NCBI GenBank assembly: GCA_964487475.1
Contig: CAZAPM010000015.1
Span: forward strand, 1 to 50,516
DNA length: 50,516 nt
Direction: 5' to 3'
From: an uncultured Planctomycetales bacterium
Lineage (GTDB): Bacteria > Omnitrophota > Gorgyraeia > Gygaellales > Profunditerraquicolaceae
Shown here: positions 48,801 through 50,516 of the stretch, piece by piece
How the letters are laid out: every line of letters begins with the position of its first letter
Position numbering within the stretch: the stretch's first letter is position 1
Notes under the pieces: model-generated
What the model was told of the DNA's origin: nothing
Databases searched by the model: none
The model's input: the letters and a program-made list of their open reading frames with translations, nothing else
Made by a program: the position numbers and the translations under genes

Positions 48801-50516
48801 GACCGCCAGGCAGTCTGCCGTTGCCGGATGAGCCTTCAGGTCAAGGCGCAGCGCCATATCCTTGCGCACGGAGCTGGCCGCCATGTAGTCATTCCCGTGG
48901 TACAAGTATCTTCCTTTTGAGGCCAGGAACGCCCGCGCCTCTTCCTTAGCCTCCGCCAACGCAATACCGCTGAGGATATGCTCCCGGACGAACTCCCTGC
49001 GCCTTTGCACAGCGGAAAGGTGCGCAATGATCCGGGAAACGCTGCCGTCCGCATCCGCCGCATCGAAAAGCAGCGCCTGCATCCCCACCCCGGAAGCGCC
49101 CCTGATGTTCTTGGGCAGGTCATCGACCATGAGGCATTTTTCCGCAGGCACGCGCACATCCCTCGCCACGGAAAGGAAGCTCTCCGGCTCGGGCTTCCAC
49201 AGCCCGGTGATATTAGAGGCATAATAATCCGCCTGGCCGTTCTCCAGGAGCTCGAAAAGGAGCGCGAACGCTTTCTTCGCGAAATCGTAGTGGGTATCGC
49301 AGGTGTTAGGCAGGAACCTGACCTGATACCCCTTGGCGATCAGCACCCTGGCCAGGGCGATGGTCTGCCAAATGGGACTGTCCTGCCAGAAGACACGGTT
49401 GAACATCTCCTCGCACGCGGCCACGGTCAGTTCCCGGGGATGCGCCAGGGAGGAATTTTCCCTGATCCAGCGGTTAAGGCCTATGGTCAACTCCGCTACG
49501 TTGATCCGGCCGGGATTGAAATCGCCGATCACGGAATGCTTGAAGGTCGTCTCGTCAAAAAGCTGCAGGGCCTGCTGCAAAGTGATGCCGAAACCACGCG
49601 AGGGCCGGCTGAACTCCGCCGCCACCCTGCGGTAGTCATACCGCAGCAGAACATTGCCCACGTCGAAGATCACGCACGCGGTTTCGGAATCCGACGCCGC
49701 GGGGACCTGCGCCGACAAAGCCGTCTCATGCGGCTTCAAAAGCGACACGCTGTTGGCCAGGGTAAAATGCAACCGGTCGTTAAAGAAACCCTCTAAGCGC
49801 GTGTAATCCACTTCCGCCAGATCTTCAACCACCAGATCGGCCCGGCCCAGGAATCCCGCGGATTCCCGGTCGATGCCGATGGTGAAGAAATGCCCGTTCT
49901 TCGCCGCGCCCACCCCGTCCACCGCATCCTCGAAGACCACGCACTCTTCGTAGCGCAACCCTAAGCGGAACGCCGCGAAAAGGAAGATCTCCGGATACGG
50001 CTTGCCTTTGTTCTTCGGCAGATGGCCGTCGCCTTCGTTCTCGATCACGATGGTATTTCCATCCGCCGCCCGCGCCGCCATCATCGCGCGGAACCTCGAC
50101 GTTTCCTCCGCATTCTCTCCCTTGACCTCTCCGGGATCGCGGTTCGGGTTGAACATGTTGATGTTCCACAGCCGCAGCAGCCGGAAGGCGTTCGTCGAGC
50201 TCGAGGCGGTCGAGATCTTCGCTCCGTGCTGCGTGAGCGCTTTTGCCAGGGCGAGCGTGCTCGGATACACCCCGATCGTCACTTCCTTCGCTTCCGCACG
50301 GGTCAAAAGCTCCTGCACCATCCGGTTCTTGACCGGATAAAGGATATCGCTCTCTTCCCTGGAATACCCGTACTTCTTCAGGATAGCGAATGCGCCGTCC
50401 TTGCCGGGAAGCCCGTCCACTTCCTTCTTATACGTCTCCGGAGTGAACTCGAATGCGGGATCCTTGCGCTTGCCCGCGGTGATGGAACGGAACTGCGCGG
50501 TCTCGGCGGCGTTGCG
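3..50516 (-). CDS. Giant multidomain membrane protein, partial at both ends (>=16,838 aa within the window); Omnitrophota-type giant ORF
   Basis: Minus frame whose codons start at + positions = 0 mod 3. I saw no in-frame TAA/TAG/TGA while hand-translating across the window. None of the track's minus-strand ORFs lies in this register, although any stop would have produced one because in-frame ATGs are abundant. All long + ORFs (1047, 7236, 16509, 21105, 29712, 42855, 48978...) are antisense to it. Recognisable enzyme motifs occur in this one frame from end to end. Confidence 0.93.
975..1830 (-). other. Domain: histidine kinase (H-box + HATPase_c)
   Basis: AIHDINNIL (His 1815-1817); FFNIFEDINKA (N box); ISDNGPGMP (G1, 1161-1175); GGHGLGFEIV (G2); SAPGQGTT. 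Confidence 0.85.
1930..2160 (-). repeat. Small zincin-like HExxE..H module
   Basis: GIRAPEAL..IGRHEHAEEVEGKAHQEA (HEHAE at 1983-1997). Confidence 0.5.
3585..5591 (-). repeat. Tandem array of 12 ~55-aa basic helical repeats
   Basis: Consensus Y-x(4)-AV-x-AELARR-x(3)-G[LW]-x(6)-L-xx-GEH-x-D-xx-LY-x-AARKFGV-x-LP; 12 copies counted. Confidence 0.9.
6300..6560 (-). other. Domain: possible papain/transglutaminase-like Cys-His fold
   Basis: RGGDCQFAARHLVEALLAEGIP..RHMLVSV; the expected Asp is not evident (YALGST). Confidence 0.4.
6690..6960 (-). repeat. CAAX/Abi-like module, divergent copy C
   Basis: VWAPLMEPF..FMGAH..WGHFKYN (APxxE / FxxxH / HxxxN order). Confidence 0.45.
7380..7800 (-). other. 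Domain: zincin-like metallopeptidase
   Basis: GAHEIGH (7647-7661), third ligand region LDELLAD, downstream ECHSAAR. Confidence 0.6.
8710..10120 (-). other. Domain: alanine dehydrogenase (AlaDH/PNT family) with rearranged N-terminal segments
   Basis: LVESGAG..GFSNDEYEDAGA; LVLKVKQP; IGVVKE..EGRVALTPAGV; TYFHF; LDPMSIVAG; ITGAGAAG; MVDVAVD; TYHHDP; YLVANMPG. Confidence 0.9.
11410..12480 (-). other. Domain: (alpha/alpha)6 six-hairpin glycosidase-like
   Basis: TGLFVSF, AVTYDQA, VGPNVWIG, FSTEHNLDYFAF, AVDVQALAIL, FYEFTRQM; aromatic-rich helical hairpins. Confidence 0.6.
12522..12610 (-). other. Internal twin-arginine (Tat) signal-peptide-like sequence
   Basis: FSRRDFLAKAATGVAGVLFGAGFRWAQA|QSV: SRRxFL consensus (12585-12602), Gly/Ala h-region, basic c-region, AxA site. 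Confidence 0.75.
12670..13045 (-). other. Domain: GNAT acetyltransferase
   Basis: IRPARAEDAPVL; VRGY; LEQLVVAPCARGHGIAEGLL; AAGLMQKLGF. Confidence 0.85.
13150..13520 (-). other. Domain: possible CheD/NTAN1/YfiH-fold cysteine deamidase
   Basis: DVLGTSGCTSCIAAA..AAAAHVWA (Cys...His arrangement). Confidence 0.45.
13920..14835 (-). other. Domain: GT2 glycosyltransferase (rhamnosyltransferase/WbbL-like)
   Basis: ISILVHNGWEDT..VVLDNGS; NLGFDEGHN; VLFLNND; VRGMCML; GGWDARYFAYGEEMDL; VWHKSASTSG. Confidence 0.9.
15150..15430 (-). other. Domain: GNAT acetyltransferase
   Basis: EVVGY..GEISAICVHRQWRWRGIGTALF (acetyl-CoA motif A). Confidence 0.8.
15870..16490 (-). other. Domain: glutamate racemase (MurI-like)
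   Basis: AVIDSGIGAL, SDTANCPYGSRS, VACNT (Cys ~16287), LATSATV, IILGCTHF (Cys ~15963); both catalytic cysteines retained. Confidence 0.92.
18180..18450 (-). other. Small zincin-like HExxH module
   Basis: VLAGHERFHL (18243-18257) followed by E..A. Confidence 0.4.
19440..19690 (-). repeat. HEAT-like repeats
   Basis: DEEARCNAASLLA; EPYYRARAACVKAAGIIG; SPEVRLWLFWALE. Confidence 0.5.
19990..21400 (-). other. Domain: degenerate Glu/Leu/Phe/Val dehydrogenase-like
   Basis: DPEPFIRALPV; ATWGLA; LRVAIHGYNN (cf. VAIQGFGN); ADVLVLTG; IVIEATPHAATSSA..L; FIPFSTANVGGAYAARYE (cf. IPDxLANAGGVxxSYxE). Confidence 0.65.
21580..21960 (-). repeat. Repeated multi-TM module (CAAX/Abi-like), copy B
   Basis: VWPFM..VGPLLVEK..LAWHLFH..RMKFAFSPEKLVI..PHAAVN. 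Confidence 0.6.
21970..22830 (-). other. Domain: GT2 glycosyltransferase, ALG5/DPG synthase-like, copy 2
   Basis: VVPMYDEVRRL..NPYGEDALRQK; FVDDGTP; RKGGAV; GYTDLD; AIGSRW; DTQRGFKLF; LAFDVELL; VPISWHDS. Confidence 0.88.
23420..23890 (-). other. Domain: Mpv17/PMP22-like four-TM membrane domain
   Basis: ATGMVICFFADVFGQ at the N-end; LVANFLPGYLQVPVEQVWDLCMTVFSAYLMN at the C-end; hydrophobic helices between. Confidence 0.5.
24110..24340 (-). repeat. Small zincin-like HExxE..H module
   Basis: AAHAPPA..LLAVHEYIERVEGRSHRRA (HEYIE at 24147-24161). Confidence 0.5.
26460..27950 (-). repeat. Tetratricopeptide repeat array
   Basis: Repeated ~34-aa helix pairs: GALVGMGRVWYSRGDLESAADCL; VLNGLGHLAVDRHDLRAARTYFQAALRADP; LHCLGKAYRNHGDTANAILVFRQALAIAPRN. 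Confidence 0.85.
28030..28230 (-). repeat. Small zincin-like HExxE..H module
   Basis: LRSGPRWFFR..IVLNP..VLHELAELSGWTHEDA (HELAE at 28074-28088). Confidence 0.5.
29070..30620 (-). other. Domain: superfamily 1 helicase, UPF1/DNA2/IGHMBP2-like
   Basis: LIQGPPGTGKTT (~30519-30545), SQSNPAVN (Ia), IIEEAG (II), VGDHKQL (III), SLFER, NRRSHP (IV), NTVDAIQGHE (V), RLNVSLSRAQEKLIIVGD (VI). Confidence 0.93.
31200..33700 (-). other. Long, predicted alpha-helical region, partly TPR-like, preceding the helicase
   Basis: Ala/Leu/Glu-rich amphipathic stretches (e.g. LEQGKYREVVEWVDEYL, KRFEQSRQAFLSGFVLSPEN); no catalytic motif recognised. Confidence 0.45.
37390..37790 (-). repeat. Repeated multi-TM module (CAAX/Abi-like), copy A
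   Basis: MWPWM..VAAPSLVES..LAWHLLH..RERLAFCFSQAKLLI..AHMAV; aligns by eye with 21580-21960. Confidence 0.6.
39440..39900 (-). other. Domain: possible GNAT-like fold of unknown function
   Basis: GVLAYARF..LVVTEMQTD..WAGVLLMALEDYARESGMRRMEI; pattern resemblance only. Confidence 0.35.
42060..42640 (-). other. Domain: site-2 protease (peptidase M50, YwhC-like) intramembrane metalloprotease
   Basis: HEYAH (42558-42572), GDITARAMGRLTLNPLRHIDP, FGWAKP, AAGPAVN, FNLLPIPPLDGSR; all catalytic motifs present. Confidence 0.92.
42680..43720 (-). other. Domain: GT9 (ADP-heptose:LPS heptosyltransferase-like) glycosyltransferase
   Basis: VVKLPNSFGDVLGSTRTLKALHAQFP; ITVDSFAAHFAYAIGKPSMVLLLGST; CFGC..C C-terminal cysteines. 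Confidence 0.8.
43800..44480 (-). other. Domain: HIT-superfamily nucleotide hydrolase/transferase
   Basis: CKFC, ANLYPWASYHMVLI, AGASVPHFHAHV (histidine triad at 44142-44156). Confidence 0.8.
44740..45460 (-). other. Domain: Nudix / type-1 IPP isomerase-like fold with degenerate Nudix box
   Basis: AHRAGLFHAGVYVLAVNPDG..QQRSEHKYMFP; GSVQEGERARDAAMRQIREKTGL; NHEW. Confidence 0.75.
45750..46560 (-). other. Domain: GT2 glycosyltransferase, polyprenyl-phosphate glucosyltransferase (ALG5/DPG synthase)-like, copy 1
   Basis: FAVFKETERI..NPHGEDAL; VMVDNFCPD; QKGG; GYTDCD (DxD); DTQCGFKLF; WAFDTEWL; PIFWSDS. Confidence 0.85.
46740..47620 (-). other. Domain: PPP/calcineurin-like metallophosphoesterase (Ser/Thr phosphatase fold)
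   Basis: YVIGDVHGD, IVGDYLQNG, LLAGNHD, SAHSA, FVQGHH. Confidence 0.85.
48100..48960 (-). other. Domain: HAD class IIB (Cof-like) hydrolase with circularly permuted motif order
   Basis: N->C order is VRKDMAL (III, ~48861), VGFGDSAGDLPFL (IV, 48777-48794), VYSDKDDTL (I, 48480-48497), FVLVTSN (II, 48387-48395). Confidence 0.7.
49050..49680 (-). other. Domain: HAD-IA phosphatase, YihX/glucose-1-phosphatase-like
   Basis: VIFDVGNVLL (motif I), FLPNT (II), WKPEPESF (III), CLMVDDLPKNIRGASGVGM (IV). Confidence 0.85.
49790..50516 (-). other. Domain: beta-phosphoglucomutase-like HAD hydrolase (N-terminus outside window)
   Basis: VYPSTLALAKAL..ISTASSSTNA; GKPYPEIFL; ECVVFEDAVDGVGAAKNG; ADLVVEDLAEV (HAD motifs II-IV). 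Confidence 0.85.

Noticed and set aside
587..50169. Short minus-strand ORFs in the track
   Set aside because: All are in the two off-frames overlapping the giant ORF and show no recognisable protein motifs.
1..50516. Alternative genetic code or stop-codon readthrough as the reason no real genes appear in the track
   Set aside because: No in-frame TAA/TAG/TGA was encountered, and Trp is encoded by TGG. The frame is simply open beyond both window edges.
1..50516. NRPS/PKS, RTX/adhesin or phage polyprotein as the explanation for ORF size
   Set aside because: I saw no adenylation, condensation or KS motifs, no RTX or Ig-repeat arrays, and no phage structural, integrase or transposase motifs.

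Overview
The whole 50,516-bp window (GC-rich) appears to be an internal slice of one uninterrupted minus-strand reading frame, 50516->3, about 16,838 codons, with neither start nor stop inside the window. The ORF track missed it. Every long + strand 'ORF' is an antisense shadow in the same codon register (starts = 0 mod 3), and no minus-strand ORF is reported in that register. Hand translation gives a modular giant protein like those known from Ca. Omnitrophota (taxonomy inferred). Domain order N->C: 3 HAD hydrolases (one circularly permuted), PPP-type metallophosphatase, ALG5-like GT2, Nudix/IDI, HIT, GT9, M50 site-2 protease, unknown and TM regions, UPF1-like SF1 helicase, TPRs, Mpv17/PMP22-like, second ALG5-like GT2, degenerate Glu/Leu/Phe/Val dehydrogenase, glutamate racemase, GNATs, third GT2, CheD/NTAN1-like, an embedded Tat signal followed by a six-hairpin glycosidase-like domain, segment-swapped alanine dehydrogenase, zincin, two arrays of a ~55-aa basic repeat, and a histidine kinase. 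Many modules are separated by hydrophobic hairpins ending in a recurrent xG[M/S/T]V-like motif, which suggests a membrane-anchored, possibly processed polyprotein. Domain calls come from manually read motifs, not database searches, and boundaries are approximate. No rRNA, tRNA, CRISPR array or IS element was seen.
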